From assembly GCF_009914755.1 (NCBI RefSeq), contig NC_060938.1: a stretch of 64,000 bases of DNA; one strand, 5' to 3'. This document shows, piece after piece, positions 34,922 through 54,793 of this stretch. This DNA comes from the human T2T-CHM13v2.0 reference genome, Homo sapiens. A program made the translations under genes and the position numbers. Position 1 is the first letter of the stretch; every line of letters begins with the position of its first letter. The notes beneath the pieces are model-generated. The model had not been told where the DNA came from and made no database searches. It was given only the letters and a program-made list of their open reading frames with translations.

Positions 34922-36289
34922 TCAGTAGCTGATAATAGTCTTCCAAGAGGTAGTATACTATAGTGGTTAGAGGTAGTCAAAATAGTCTCATACTGAAGAG
35001 TGAAATTTATTAAAATGTTATAGTAAAAAAGTCTATGAGGCTGGGCACAGTGGCTCATGCCTGTAATCCCAACGACTCAGAAGGCCAAGGTGGGAGGACC
35101 AATTGAGGCCAGAAATTCAAGACCAGCCTAGGAGTGAGCTAGGATCACACCACTGCATTGCAGCCTGGGCAATAAAGAAAGACCATGTCTCCTTGGAAAA
35201 AAAAAAAAAAAAAAAAAAGGACCAGCCTGGGCAACAGAGTGAGATCCTATCTTCACAAAAAAATAAAAAGAATTAGCCAGGCAATGGAATTACGTGCCTG
35301 TAGTTTCAGCCACTTGGGAGGCTGAGACGGGAAGATCGCTTGAGCCCTGGCATTTGAGGCTGCAGTGATCTATGATCTCGCCACTGCACTCTGGCCTAGG
35401 TGACAAAGCAAGACCCTGTTTCAAAAAAAGGGGTCCATGTTATAAAACAACAGAGAAGAAAAACAGGACATTTCACATTTATGGATAATGTATGCTTACA
35501 CAGTACAAGGCCAGAGAGCATCTAATATGAGAAAACACCTATTACCAATCACCTCTGAAAAAGCAGGAAGTATTATGAGTTGGCATATAAATTTTCTAAA
35601 GAAGAAGGCTAGTGTATTTTAAACCAACCAACCAACTTACTACTAATTTAGGACTCCCTGCAGCTCATACAGTCAATGGATAGCACTCAAAAAGAGTGAG
35701 GACAAAACAAACGATTCTAGTCAAATCAGAACAAGTGGATAATTCTCTCGGAAAGAAATTCCAAATATAATATGGGAATGGGAACCTTGTCTGAATTAAT
35801 GAGATATGAGAATAGGTTTAATTAAATACATTGAATGACAAGTCTTTGCTTAGCAAGATGTGATGTGTTAAGAATATAACTAAAATAATAAATTTAAATA
35901 ATCTCATCTTCCAAAGTTGTCACCTACCTTATTTCAGTGGCATTGGCAATACTCAAAATATTTTTGGAATTGTTCAAGTTATGGAATGGTCTTCTGCAGA
36001 GCCTACACTATGGTGGATATACTATCAAACTCCATAATGACACAGGAGTGGCAATGAGAAAGAAAGGAATAATGGTGTATTTTTTTAAATATATTTACGA
36101 GTTTGTGAGAAGTATGGGTTAGAAGGGCTTTCACTGTCAAATAATGTTCTCTGACAACTTACAATTCCTAGCTATTAAAAAAGAAACAAAATTCAAACAC
36201 CATGCTTGCCTATGTTGTATTATCTAGGTTTCATTAAAATTTTTCTTTAGTTCTCTTCAAAATTCTTTGTACATTAAAACTGGGTTATT

Positions 36290-37030
36290 TATTCACTAGG
36301 TTTGTGTCATTTATTTGTCTGATTCTAAATTTACTCAGAAAATGACATTTTTTGGTAGCAATACAATTTGGAGAAGTTGAATATCATTATGAACTCATGA
36401 AATTTTATATATTATCTAGTATGTTTTAATTCACTGTAGTCATTATTAATTTTGATGTATAAATCATGCCATCTTTGATCAGTGGGAGCCCCTTAAGTTA
36501 CCTCTTTTTAAAATGAACATAGTATTCCTTGATGACTTCCTTACTTTCTGGCATGACAAGATATCCCAAGTTTATGTTGTGCATTTCCTGCCCCAGACCT
36601 GAAACTAGCCATTGCTCCATAGAGTCCTGATTCCTTTTTGGTTGGAAACAGTATTTAGAGCTATAATCTGGGCACTAGGGGTATCCCTGACACTGGGTTA
36701 TCATTGCTTTTAGGCCTTTTCACTGTACAAAAGGAGGATGTAAGTATTTTCAAAAAAATAAAATGAGTTCATACTGACAATTTCAATTTGAATCTAACGT
36801 ATGGGACTTTTACTTAACTTCAATTCTACAGTTTTAGTTCTTTCTACTTATATTGAAAACCTTCGTTCCTAAGAACATTAATATAACTATTTGTCTACTT
36901 GATCTTAAGATATGTAAACTATTTTTAAAGTAATACCACAAATAATACCACTAACTAAATTATTAAATATTAAGCTTAGTTATTTAAGATTTCTTTTGCA
37001 GCTCTATTTATCCTCTAAAATAAAATTGTA
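36290..37030 (-). mobile_element. Old L1MC/ME-type 3' fragment
   Basis: catttcctgccccagacctgaaactagccatt motif. Confidence 0.55.
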
Positions 37031-37097
37031 AATGTACTTATATGGCAGGGCTAGATGTACAGCAAAATAAAGCATTCAGTAACAAATTCTGTTACTA

Positions 37098-37451
<354 letters not shown>

Positions 37452-37915
37452 TCACCTGACCATAAAATAGTCAAAAGAATACATAGCCACATGGATATAA
37501 AATATATTTTTATCAAAAGCCACATTATAATAGAAAAATACATAATTACAAATAATTTTCTTTTAACTTCATTTTTCTCCCTTCTCACCATTCCTATTCA
37601 AAATAATTTTCTAACCTAAGAATCACTTCTACTAATATATCTCATGAAAGTTGTCCTAAATTAAGTCCGCGCACAAAAGAAAAACTTTATTTCCTAAATA
37701 AGCCAATCTCTTATTTAGCTTCAGATCAATTATTAATTTGGTACTAAAAATTAAAAATTATCAACAAATAACACCTTGAAAAGAAATGTCACACCCTGGC
37801 CAGCTGTGGTGGCTCACGCCTGTAATCCCAGCACTTTGGGAGGCCAAGGCAGGCAGACTGCCTGAGCTCAGGAGTTTGAGACCAGTCTGGGCAACATGAC
37901 AAAGCCCTGTCTCTA

Positions 37916-38119
<204 letters not shown>

Positions 38120-38188
38120 TTATTTTTTAATCCTTCTAGTACATTTATCTACATAATTCATATACTTTTTTTTTTTTTTTTGAGATAG

Positions 38189-38287
<99 letters not shown>

Positions 38288-39325
38288 TGAGCAGCTAGGA
38301 TCCCAAGTGCGTGCCACTACACCTGGCTAATTTTTGTATTTTTAGTAGAGATGAGGTTTCACCATGTTGGCCAGGTTGGTCTTGAACTCCTGACCTCAGG
38401 TGATCCACTCACCTCACCTTCCCAAAGTGCTGGATTACAGGCATGAGCCACCATGCCCAGCCTACATAATTAATACACTTTCTATCCACCATGTTGCTCT
38501 TATAAGAATAAAACATTAAAATCAAGGCTTCACTAGGTCCTCAGTGGGCTACTAACCAACTAACTACAAAGACAGTGAAGTAACTGTCACCATCAATAAA
38601 AGAAAGGGTATTATTTGCTATGATTCAACATAAACTTTCATGAAACATGTAAGTTTCATGTCAAATGCTATTTAAGTAAGTGTCCCAGATCTAAATAGCT
38701 TATAAACACAAATATAATGTAAAGTTTCTCAGCAAGAAATGTGTGCCACGAAGGATAAAAGCCATAATGATATATTTTTTGAAACAGGGTCTCACTCTGT
38801 CACCCAGGATGGAATGCAGTGGCATGATAATAGCTCACTGTAGCCTCAGTCTCCTAGGCATAAGTGATGCTCCTGGCTCAGCCTCCCAAAGAGCTAGGAC
38901 TACTACAAGTGCACACCACCATACCTGGCTAAGTTTTAAAAAATTTTTAGTAGAGAGGAGCTCTCACTATGTTGCCCAGGCTGGTCTTGAACTCAGCTCA
39001 AGCAATTCTCCCATTTTGGTCTCCTAAAGTGCTGGGATTACAGGCGTGAGCCACCATGCCAGGCCTAAAAAGTGATTTTTAAAAGTGATTTTTTAAAAAG
39101 AAGCAAGTCATTTATGACCATATATTGAATGATTTTTTTTTAACATGAAATATCCAGAATAGGTGGATTCATAGAGACAGAAAGTAAATTCATGGTCGTC
39201 AGGGGCTGCGGCAAAGGGAAATGGAAATGACAACTAATGGACTTCTTCCTGGGGTAATGAAAAGACTCTGGAATTAGACAGTGGTAGTGACTGTACAGTA
39301 TAGCAAATATACTCAAAATCCCTGA

Positions 39326-39520
<195 letters not shown>

Positions 39521-40018
39521 TGACGGGCTAATTTTTCTATTTTTAGTAGAGACGGGGTTTTGCCATGTTGGCCAGGCTGGTCTTGAACTCCTGACCTCAA
39601 GTGATATGCCTGCCTCAGCCTCCCAAAGTGCTGGATTATATGCATGAGCCACTGCGCCTAGCCATGAATTATATCTGAATAAAGCTATTATAAAGTGATT
39701 AAACACTTAAGAAAGAAAATACTGCTTTAAAGACCTTTGAGGAACTGAATTACTTGTACTGTACTAATGTTTTCACTGCAGATGCAGAGAAAGTTCAGGT
39801 TTACTTCTCTGTAAGTTTTTCCATGTTATAAGTCTCTAAATGGGGGGTAGGGTGCAGACTTAGAGAACAATCTTTAATTACAGAAGAAAAAACTAAACAA
39901 TATACATCTTTTTAATAATCCTGATTATAAATTTTTCATAAAACATTTCTCATAAATCTATAATGGAATCTATAAGTAAGCTATATGAAGATTTCCTTCC
40001 TTGGAACAAAGTTATCTA

Positions 40019-40234
<216 letters not shown>

Positions 40235-40742
40235 CTATGCATAACCACTGTATTAAAATATATTGAAAAGGGTGTGAAGAGTAAAAAGGTATAACGGCAA
40301 AAATTTACACATACACTTGATCTATATGAAATACTTGAGGCAATAACTAAAATGCTTAAATGGGGACTTGCATCAATAAAGAGAGAAATGAATTACTATA
40401 ACCAATTTAGTTCAGGCATTCCAATCAGAGACCCCTTATTACTCCCTTAGCAAGTGGCACTGAGAGAGAGAACTCATGGGAAACTAAAAATGATTTCAAC
40501 ATTATTGATATTTAATATCCAACATTACTGATATTCGAGATAAGCAGAGTAGACTTAAGATGGTACAGGAGCTGAGATAGACAGTTTCAAAAATAATTTA
40601 TCTTAAATTCTATAGGAAGTACAACATGAATTCTGAGGAACTTCTATCAGCCTTCAAGGTTTCTGTATTAATATAGTATTATATATCAGTCTAGCTTTCC
40701 CAAAGGGACAATTCCATTAGCACTGTTAAACAAACTGTCTTA

Positions 40743-41012
<270 letters not shown>

Positions 41013-41183
41013 CTAAAAAGGAAAAGAGTTTTATTTTCAATATTAAATTGTTTCAATTCTGTATTCTCCCCCACAAAACATGTAGCATTTATTAATATTT
41101 TTCTTATTCCTTATAAATTGTATTCTTTCCTAATTTATGCCACTTGAAATATACAAACATAGCACCATTTTGTTTTTGTTTAA

Positions 41184-41378
<195 letters not shown>

Positions 41379-42437
41379 TAGTAGAGACGGGGTTTCACCA
41401 TGTTACCCAGGATGGTCTCGATCTCCTGACTTCGTGATCCACCAGCCTCGGCCTCCCAAAGTGCTGGGATTACAGGCGTGAGCCACCGCACCCGGCCTGA
41501 AGTGCATAGTCTTTCAATCAAGACTTCATTTCTGTTACCCTCCTGTTTTATTTTGGTCAGACTACAGTTTCAGGATAGTCAGCATACCCAGCTTACATGT
41601 AAAATGTATCTGTGGCTTCTGTGAACAACGGCTCCGAGAGATTTAACATTCTGAACAAGAAATCTCAATTTAAACATACAAACACATTATAAGAATTAAC
41701 TATGCTCCAACATTATAACTCTAAGGAAATTTAGTTCTTTATTTTCATGAATATTAATGGTTTTTCTTACTCCATAGATATAAAGTAGTTTTAAGTTATC
41801 TGTTCCTTAGAAACACACAGTTTAATTACAATTATACTGGGAAGCTCATATTTTCATGGAGACTATATACAGTATAAAACAAAGACAATATATGTGAATT
41901 TTTCAAAAATACAAGTTTGCTTTGAATGATAACGGTGTTTAGAAAAAAAAAGATAATCCAAGGAAAGAAGGCAGATATCTCTTTGTTTTATTGTTAAGAT
42001 AACTCTTCCAAGAGTTTACCTTTTAAAACTCGTTTAGGATGAAAAATTTAAGCACTGAAGTAAACTACATGCTGTACTCCTTGAGGGTTAAAGCCACATA
42101 AAATGTTTATTTCACCTATGCTAAACAATTATGTATGTAATAGCTTAAATCTGAACTGCATGAGCACACACAAATACAATGGAAAACATGTTAAACCACA
42201 AGATACACAAAAGCACAACAGCTGGAAACAAAAAATCTTTGTGTTTCAAAGAAAATTAAAATGTTCCATTATTAGGAACGCAAAACACATTATAGGTAAT
42301 AAGGTCCTCTTACTTGCAACCTAGTTTAAAAAAAATGTTTTGGCCTTACCATTTATATCTATTTATAGATATGAGAGCATAAGTGTTGACCTTGCATAGT
42401 ACCACTTCTGTGGAGTCAGATACTAAAACTTTCATTA

Positions 42438-42668
<231 letters not shown>

Positions 42669-43559
42669 TCATATTTTACAGACTAAATTTTAATGTAAGT
42701 TCTTGATTTGCAAAAAGCATGTTAATAGAAACAAAAATAAACTAAAAATTCAAACAAAATGCAAAATTTACAGAACAGTCTACACAGTAACACACAAAGT
42801 CACACAAGGGGTCAGAGGTCAAATCAGAATGGACCCTGAAGTGCATGTCAAAAACATCTTAGAGACTATGACTAAGATCATGACCTATTGCTTCCTTTCC
42901 TCAAAGAAGTTAAAAGGCTGTCTTCTAAAACAGGGGAAAAACATAAATAAGACTGCCCTAGTCCTCCACAAATGAAAATGCTATACAATGCTTTGAAAAT
43001 TCTTTTGAAACATGGAAAATGCCAAAATCATAATTTTATTTTTCCAAATGCTGTACAACTGTCAAAGAAGTTTATATAATGTAAATGTCCTATTTTTAAA
43101 AATTCTCTATTGGCAATAAAACTTTTGCTATTCCTTCAGTCTCTGAAGAAATCAAAGCTAAATTCATTAAAACTACTCAGTTGGCTCTTAGGCTACAATA
43201 ACTAAGAGATTAATTAAGGCAGGAATGTTTAAGATCGACTTCAGTTTGACACAGCTGGGTTTCTCCCTGTGACTAGATAATATTATCTCCCTAAAAAAAA
43301 GAAGAAACCATTTCTCCCTTGAAAATTAATGGTCACAAGCTCTGACCCTCTACAAGAGTACAGAAATAAACTTTTGTTACAGTTATGAACAAAAAAACCT
43401 CCTCCCTAGCCTAAAGAAAACCATCTGAGACAAATGAAAATCTAACTTGGCATTTGGGGAAGAAACATTATTGAATAGTGCAAAATCCATGCTCTGTGGA
43501 TCATAAATTCTAAGAAAAGACAGCAATAAACGTAATAAATGACTATGTATATTAAACAG

Positions 43560-44120
43560 TGATTAAAAACCATGCAGAAAACAGAGCAAAATGAGGTCAG
43601 GAATATGGGGGTGGAGTGAAGTGTAGTTTGTGACTTTAAATAGGGTATTGGGGTAAGATGCATTGAAATGGTGACATTTTAACACAGTTTGAATGTAGGG
43701 AAGAAATTAGTCATGAGGGTATCTGGAGAAAAAGTGTTCTAGGCAGAGGAAATGGCTATGACAAAAAGGCCTTTATAGGATGCCAGGTGAGTTTACACAG
43801 AGCAATGTGGATGGAGCAGTGGAGGGGGTAGGTAGGAGACAGGTCAGAGTGTAAGGATGGTAAGAGGGCAGAAGATATAGGACCTTGTAGGTCATTATAA
43901 TAAGGCTGTGACTGAAATGAGGTGCCAGTGGAAGACCGTGAGCAGACGAGTGATATAATATGTCATGCTGCTGCTGTGTTGAGAGAAGATTATAGAGGGG
44001 GGTAAAGATAGAAGCAGGGAAAACCATTAGGAATGATTTATTAATGTAAGCAAGAGATGATAGTGACTTGGATCAAGGTGGTTAAAGTGAAGTGGAGTGA
44101 ATGGAATCTGGATACACATA
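43560..44120 (-). mobile_element. L2 fragment
   Basis: Purine-rich antisense L2 motifs (gttctaggcagagga; gagatgatagtgacttggatcaagg). Confidence 0.6.
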
Positions 44121-44200
44121 AATATATATTTTAAACTTTTTATTAGAAAAACTCAAAATTAGAAAAAAGCTGTAAGAATAGTATAATAAACTTTCATATA

Positions 44201-45640
44201 CAGTCACGTACTACATAAGGACATTTTCTTCAATGACAGAGATCACATATATGACGGTGGTCCTGTAAGATTATAATGGAGCTGAAAAATTCCTATTGCC
44301 TTGTGACATTCCAACACATTACTCACGTGTCTGTGGTGATGTTCACGTAAACAACCCTACTACACTGCCAGTCATGTAAAAGTAAAGACCATGTAATTAT
44401 GTAAAGTACATAATACTTGATAATAAACAACTGTTACTGGTTTATGTATTTATTATACTTTTTATTGTTATTTTAAAGTATACTCTTATTTATAAAAAGT
44501 TAACTACAAAACAGCTTCAGGTAGGCCCTTTAGGAAGTATTCTAGAACAAGGCATCGCTATTACAGGAGATAACAGCTCCATGCGTGTCACTGCCCTTGA
44601 AGACCATCCAGTGGGACAAGATACTAAGGTGAAAGACAGTGAGATTGATGGTTCTGACTCTGTGTAGGCCTGGGCTAATGTGTGTGTTTAAAAGTTAAAA
44701 AAAATTTTTTTAATAGAAAAAAGCTTATAGAACAAGGATACAAGGATATAAAGAAAATATTTTTGTAGAGCTGTACAATGTATCTACGTTTTAAGCTAAA
44801 TGTTACTATTATTTCTAGAGCAGTGGCAGGATCTCAACTCACTGAAACCTCTGCCTCCCATGTTAAAGGGTTCAAGTGATTCTCATGCCTCAGCCTCCCA
44901 AGCAACTGGAACTACAGGCACATGCCACCACGTCCCGCTAATTTTTGCATTTTTAGTAGACAGATGACGTTTCCCCATCTTGGCCAGGCTGGTCTTGAAC
45001 TCCTGACTTCAAGCAATCCATCCGCCTTGGCCTCCCAAAGTGCTGGGATTACAAGCATGAGCCACTGCACCTGGCCCCTAAATGTTATTATAAAAATATT
45101 CAAAGGAATCAAAAATTTTAAAAATTAAAAAGTTTATAAAGTAAAAAACTTTTAGTAAACAAAGGCTAATTTATTATTAAAGAAAAATACACATTTTTTA
45201 AATTTAGCATAGCCTAAGTGTACAGTGTTTGTAACATCTACAGTAGTATACAGTAATATCCTAGGCTTTCACATTCACTCGCCACTCGCTGATTCACCCA
45301 GAACAACTTCCAGTCCTGTAAGTTCCAGTCATGGTCAGTGCCGTATAGGTGTGTACCATTTCTTATCTTTTATATCATATTTATACTGTTCCTTTTCTAT
45401 ATTTAGACATGTTTAGATACACAAATACCATTGTATTACAGTTTTCTCAGTATTCAGTATAGTAACATGCTGTAGAGGTGTGTAGTCTAAGAGCAATAGT
45501 CTATACCATATAGCCTAGTGTGCAGTAGGCTATACCATCTAGATTTGTGTAAGTTCACTCTATGATGTTCCCACAATGACAAAATCACTTCATGATGCAT
45601 TTCTCAGAATGTGTCCCTATTATTAAGCTATGCATGACTG
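44201..45640 (+). mobile_element. Tigger3 (GOLEM)-family element interrupted by a truncated Alu (~44815-45077)
   Basis: TIR-like CAGTCACGTA / TGCATGACTG; gacggtggtcctgtaagattataatggagctgaaaaattcc core. Confidence 0.82.
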
Positions 45641-45989
45641 CATCTACCTGGACTCATCACATTTTCCTCATTACTTTCTCACTTCTGAAGAATACACTTA
45701 TGGCCAGTTGTTTTATAGAATGGCCCTTGATATGAGTTTGTCTGGTATTTCCTCCAAATTTTTGACAGAGAACTATGTAAGTGATGTTACATCCTGTTCA
45801 ATGCATAACATCAAAAAGCACTGCCAGGTGTGGTGTCAGTCTGTCCCTACACAGATGATACTAGCTTTGAACATGTGCACAATGTAAGTCTGCCACATTT
45901 TTCCACTGTAAAATTATCATTTATAATTATGATGCAATGTATCTGGCAATACTTTAAGATGGCCTGAGATTGGATAAGACCACAAGACA

Positions 45990-46490
45990 TGCTCTCTTGG
46001 CTTTCTTTCCTGCCTTCTCACTGGAAATTTCTGTTTTGTCTTCTTCAATGGTTTCTTGTGTTCTCCAAGAGAAAACTCATGACCTAGTACCTGGTCTGCT
46101 CTTCTCTATGTATACTCACTGTCTTGTGATCTTATCCAATCTCATAGCTTAAATTCCATCTCTATATTAGAGATTCCTGAATAATCACTATTAATTTATT
46201 CCTAAAATAAATATATTTATTCCTAAAATTTATGAATTTGATGTCCAGTCTTCTCTCCTGGGCACCAGACTCTCATATCCAGCTGTCTATCTGATATCTC
46301 TATTTCGATGTCTAGTTAATGTTCCAAATTGTTTTAAACTCAGTGCTTGATCCTCCTCCCTGACACATACACAGCCTGCTCTACTTGCACACTTGCTCAA
46401 ATCAGTTGATGACAACTCTGTACTTCCAGGTTTTCAGCCCAAAATTCATAAAGTCATCCTGGACTTCTCTTTCACACTCAACATCTATTC
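45990..46490 (+). mobile_element. L2 fragment
   Basis: tctctcctgggcaccagactctcatatccagctg..gatgtcta motif. Confidence 0.6.
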
Positions 46491-47339
46491 TATTTGACTA
46501 TTCAAAAGATTCAAAAGCAGAACTCCTTAGAGAAATGGCTAATTCTGGGGTTGGGGCGGAGAAAGTAGTAAGCTGTGATTGCACTACTGCTCCACCCTGG
46601 GTGGCAGAGTGAGACCCTGTTTCCAAAAACAACAACAATGAAATCACTAAGACAAAGCAAAACTGTCCAAATACAATAAACTACAAGTATCTAGAATTAT
46701 CTACATTATATGCTCCATTGTACCAATCTAAAAAATGGCAAGCCAAATATATGTAGTCAGATGCATGCTGCTTTAAAAAAAAGAAAATTCAGTATTTAGA
46801 TCATATCGTTTATTGGATAACACTTCACAATTACTTTAAAAAAAATAAATAAAAATAAGGCCATGGCTGGGGGGTGGTGGCTCACGCCTGTAATCCCAGC
46901 ACTTTGGGAGGCCAAGGAAGGCAGATCACCTGAGCTCAGGAGTTCGAGACCAGCAGAGCTAACATGGTGAAATCCCATCTCCACAAAAAATATAAAAATT
47001 TAGCCGGGGATGGCAGTGAAAGCCTGTGGTCCCGCCTACTCAGGAGGCTGAGGTGGGAGGATCACTTGAGACCAGGAGGCAGAGGTTTCAGTGAGCTGAG
47101 ATGGCACCACTGCTCTCCAGACTGGGTGACAGCAGACCCTGTCACACACACAAAAAAGCTGTAATGTAAAAGGAAGACAATGATTGCATAAAGTACACCA
47201 CACTTCAAGAGTTCTTGTAAATTTTCCTCAAATTTTTACTGAATTGTTTCAAATGAAATCTCAGGACCTACAGCAATGTTTATGAATTGAAATTGATTTT
47301 TTTTTTTGAGATGAAGTTTCGCTTTGTTGTCCAGGCTGA

Positions 47340-47597
<258 letters not shown>

Positions 47598-47677
47598 TAA
47601 CGGGTAGCAATAACACTATACATATTTGTTTATATCAACTGGGGAAAAAATTACAGAAGAGACTTTGAAAATAATTA

Positions 47678-47863
<186 letters not shown>

Positions 47864-48344
47864 CTATTCAATTGGACAAAGAGAAATTAATGAAAAATAA
47901 AATACAAATGTCAGGTTCAGAGCTATGTAAGTTGCAGAAACTATCAGCGTCTAACAAATAATATACAAATTCAAAGTATCTATTATGATTACAGGAATAA
48001 TAAATGGATACTTATTAAAAGTCATAAAGATTATATTATAGAAGAGAATGAACCTACAAAAGGTGGGAGGAGAACCCATTTCTAACTCCACAGGTTATGA
48101 AAAATGCCTTTAGAATCAATCTATTGGCTATGAACAACTGGGAGAATAATTCCAACATTAAAAAAACTCTGGCTGGGCACAGTGGCTCACACCTGTAATC
48201 CCAGCACTTTGGGAGGCCAAGGCGGGCGGATCACGAGGTCAGGAGATAGAGACCATCCTGGCTAACATGGTGGAACCCCGTCTCTACTAAAAATACAAAA
48301 AAAAATTAGCTGGGCATGGTGGCAGGCACCTGTAGTCCTGGCTA

Positions 48345-48482
<138 letters not shown>

Positions 48483-48589
48483 TTACCAACTATGTTAAGA
48501 AGCTATAAATTAAAAATAAAACAAAAAATCACTTTGAAACAACATAAACCTCACATGTAAATTTTAATTTACACAATTACGGAGAAAAC

Positions 48590-49710
<1,121 letters not shown>

Positions 49711-50924
49711 TGGCTGGGTGCGGTGGCTCACACCTGCAATCTCAGCACTTTGGGAGGCCAAGGTGGGCCGATTGCTTGAGCTCAGGACTTCGAGACCAGC
49801 CTGGGCAACATGGTGAAACCTTAACTCTACAAAAAATACAATTTTAGTCAGGAGTGTTAGTGCACGTCTCTAGAACCAGCTACTCAGGAGACTGAGGTGG
49901 GAGCGTGGTAGTGCACACCTTTAGTCTCAGCTACTGAGAGGCTGAGGTGGGAGGGTGGCTTGAGCCTGGCAAGCAGAGGGTGCAGTGGGAGGCAGAGGGT
50001 ACAATCGGAGGCAGAGGGTGCAGTGAGTACAGACTGCACCACTGAACTCCAGCCTGGGTGACAGAGCCAGACCCTGTCTTTAAAAAAAAAGAAAAAGAAA
50101 TAGTAGCTGCTTATTTTATTAATGTTTTACTAAATGCCTCAAATCATATCTATATCCCAGGAAGTTGGGCCACTGAAGGTAGAGAAGTTGGAGTTGGAGG
50201 AAGACAAAGATCAGCATCAAGAATCATTTCATAGTAATATTGTTAATTTATCTTTGTTTAAAGGCACTTAAAAGTCATAGGTGAACATAATAAAATAATG
50301 CTAACGAGCAACTTCAGAACTTTTCTTTTATTCCAGTTCCAAATGTTGTGTATCACTGGTGAGTGTGGACATCTCTGAAATGTTGTGATACCTGATCAAC
50401 TAAATCAAAGATCAAAAGTAGGGAATATGGCTCAAGGATGTTAGTTAAAAAAATTTAAAAAATAGGGGAGCAACAATATACTTATCAGTAACTTACAACA
50501 TTTTCATAACTATAGAGTAATCCTCTATTAACCAAGGGGCCTAAAAAGTGTTAGAACTTAACCAGTGGAATTAGGAGGAAGAAAGTTTAAAATGACTGTA
50601 TCTTAGTAAATAAAATTTCTTACAGATATCTGCTTTTAAATAAAACCAGACTTACAGGTATTAAAAAAAATCTGTTCTCCTTAATCATTTTCTTCAATCT
50701 TTTAGGAAACTATTGCTGAGAAGTGATCTGATGAGCAAATTTTCTCATCAGTTTTACGTTAGAGTCTTCACTTCTTAAAGTTCTTGAATCAGCTACGTCC
50801 TTCTTAAAATTTAACCTATTTTTTATTGGAATTTTCCCATGTTTTGCCTTGTTACATTTTTTAAAAATGTGTGTGTGACTGTCCAACATTTCTATAAATT
50901 ACTTCAGGGCTGTTCTCTAGATTA

Positions 50925-51146
<222 letters not shown>

Positions 51147-51153
51147 TTAGCTA

Positions 51154-51426
<273 letters not shown>

Positions 51427-52180
51427 CTAGAACTACAGGTGTTCACCACCATACCCCAACTAATTTATGTTTTTGTAGAGACAGGGTCTTCCAGTGTTGC
51501 CCAGGTGGTCTCAAACTCCTGGCTTTAAGTGATCCTCCCATCTCCTCTCAAGTAGCTGAGATCACAGGTGCGAACTACCATGTCCATGTTTTTATATTTA
51601 AAGGTGCTAAGTTGTCCTTACATATTAGGGACCACGGATTTAAACCTTTTGCTAAACAAACATATAAATGCTTTCATTTCAAAACCAGTAAAACCACAGC
51701 TGGCAAGAGATTATAGTATCTTAATATCTTAAAGTCAAATGAAGAGACAGTCTCAAAAACAAAGGGTGTTCCAGAGGAGTAAGTGACACAAATATTTCAA
51801 TGAGGATAAAGTTGAAAATATACTCCCTTGGCAATTAAAAGGTCATCTGGATCTGGTCACACATCCTCTACACTCTTTCCCCTCAGATTATATTCCTTAC
51901 TACCTTCTGATGCTAGTACAGTAACTCATCTATCCATAAGGTATACAATGTTTATCAACTATGTAGTCCCTGGTGACAAGCAGTTGCACTGGCACCAGTT
52001 AAGTACTATCAAATAGAAAAGATGGAGTAAGAGGAGAGAGTAGGGATGGGACTGTAAGTGGAATACGTTAGTTTTCGCCCGCTTGGATTTATATGAATAC
52101 ATGAAATTCTACTGCATTACTATTTTTCTAACTGGGATTCAATATACAGAGTACATACAGTGCATCACCTAGAAATATTA

Positions 52181-52435
<255 letters not shown>

Positions 52436-52509
52436 TTAGAAATTAGTCACAGCTGAAAAAATAGGAATAAAAAGATCTTAGGATATGTAAGGATAACTGT
52501 TGAAAAATA

Positions 52510-52830
52510 TCCCCCATTCTCTTGTCTTTTTACTTTCTTTGTATTATCCTTTGAAACACAAACATATTTAATTGTGATGAAGTCTCATCTATTTTTTGTC
52601 AGTTGTGCTTTTTGGTGCTGTGTCTAAGAAACACTGCCAAAGCCAAGGTCACAAAGATTTACCCCTATGTTTTTTCCTATGAGTTTTACAGTTATAGCTG
52701 TTACACTTACATCTATGATCAATTTTGAGTTAATTTTTTATACATGGTGTAACAGAAGAGTCCAAATTCATTCTTTTGCATGTGGACATACAGTTATACT
52801 GGCATCATTTGTTGAAAAAGTGACTATTTT
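52510..52830 (-). mobile_element. L1 fragment
   Basis: ccaaggtcacaaagattt..tatgttttt; ttcttttgcatgtggacatacag. Confidence 0.7.
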
Positions 52831-53057
52831 AAATTTTGCTTTGAAAGGATAAAATTTCTAAGAATCTATTCTGTGGTTAAATCCTAAGGCACGACACTTA
52901 GGTGAATATGATTATACTTTCAATAATAAGGATGTATCAATCTGTGATTACTCTACTATTCAGCCCAAAGATTACACACCCTCAAGTTTGTTACAAAATT
53001 CTACAAAATATTTCAACAGAACTCAGCTACATATTAGATAACAAAAAGATAAGCTTA

Positions 53058-53507
<450 letters not shown>

Positions 53508-53936
53508 TTAAAGATAATAGGTGATAAAATGAACTAAATCCTATAGAGAAACTAAGCTGTTCTTTTTAGGATCTTAGCAAATACTTTTCTACATGATATT
53601 TACTATCAATTTTCATAACCAAGAATGAATAAATTATAAAAGCATCCAAAAATGTGAAGAATTTAAAATATCTTTCTTAAACACTCAACTGCTAAAATTT
53701 TAGGAAGATGTTTTGAATCTCAAATCTAGACTTCAAATACGTCTAAAGTATTTGTAGAATTGTTTCTCAGCAACTAACATGAAAAGTGTTAGTTTCTTTT
53801 TTAAGTTAGATTTTGAAAATGAGTAAAACTGAGTTTGCATTCAGTTTCAAAGTAAATGTCAAGTACTATGGGTACTTCATAAAAATACAACAGGAAGCAA
53901 TATTTTGTTTTCTGTTCTGTTTTAATGTTTCACTTA

Positions 53937-54149
<213 letters not shown>

Positions 54150-54329
54150 CTAGAAAGAAAGATAACACAAAGACAATTCAAAGTCAATATAATTATCTGT
54201 AATCCCCTAATATAATTTTTCTTTCATATATTTAAGAACTAAAAAGGCTCTAGAAAAATACAAACTTACTTTGACTGGAAGTTACAAATAAGTTGGTAGT
54301 GTGGTCATTATGCCAGACTAATCAGGTAG

Positions 54330-54703
<374 letters not shown>

Positions 54704-54793
54704 TGACCTTATGATCCACCCACCTCGGCCTCCCAAAGTGCTGGGATTACAGGCGTTAGCCACCGCGTATTATTATTTTTAATAGAGACAATG

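Noticed and set aside
50728-50751. CTGATGAG-N8-CTCATCAG hairpin containing the hammerhead core CUGAUGA
   Set aside because: The motif pairs with itself, and there is no stem II/GAAA/NUH arrangement on either strand
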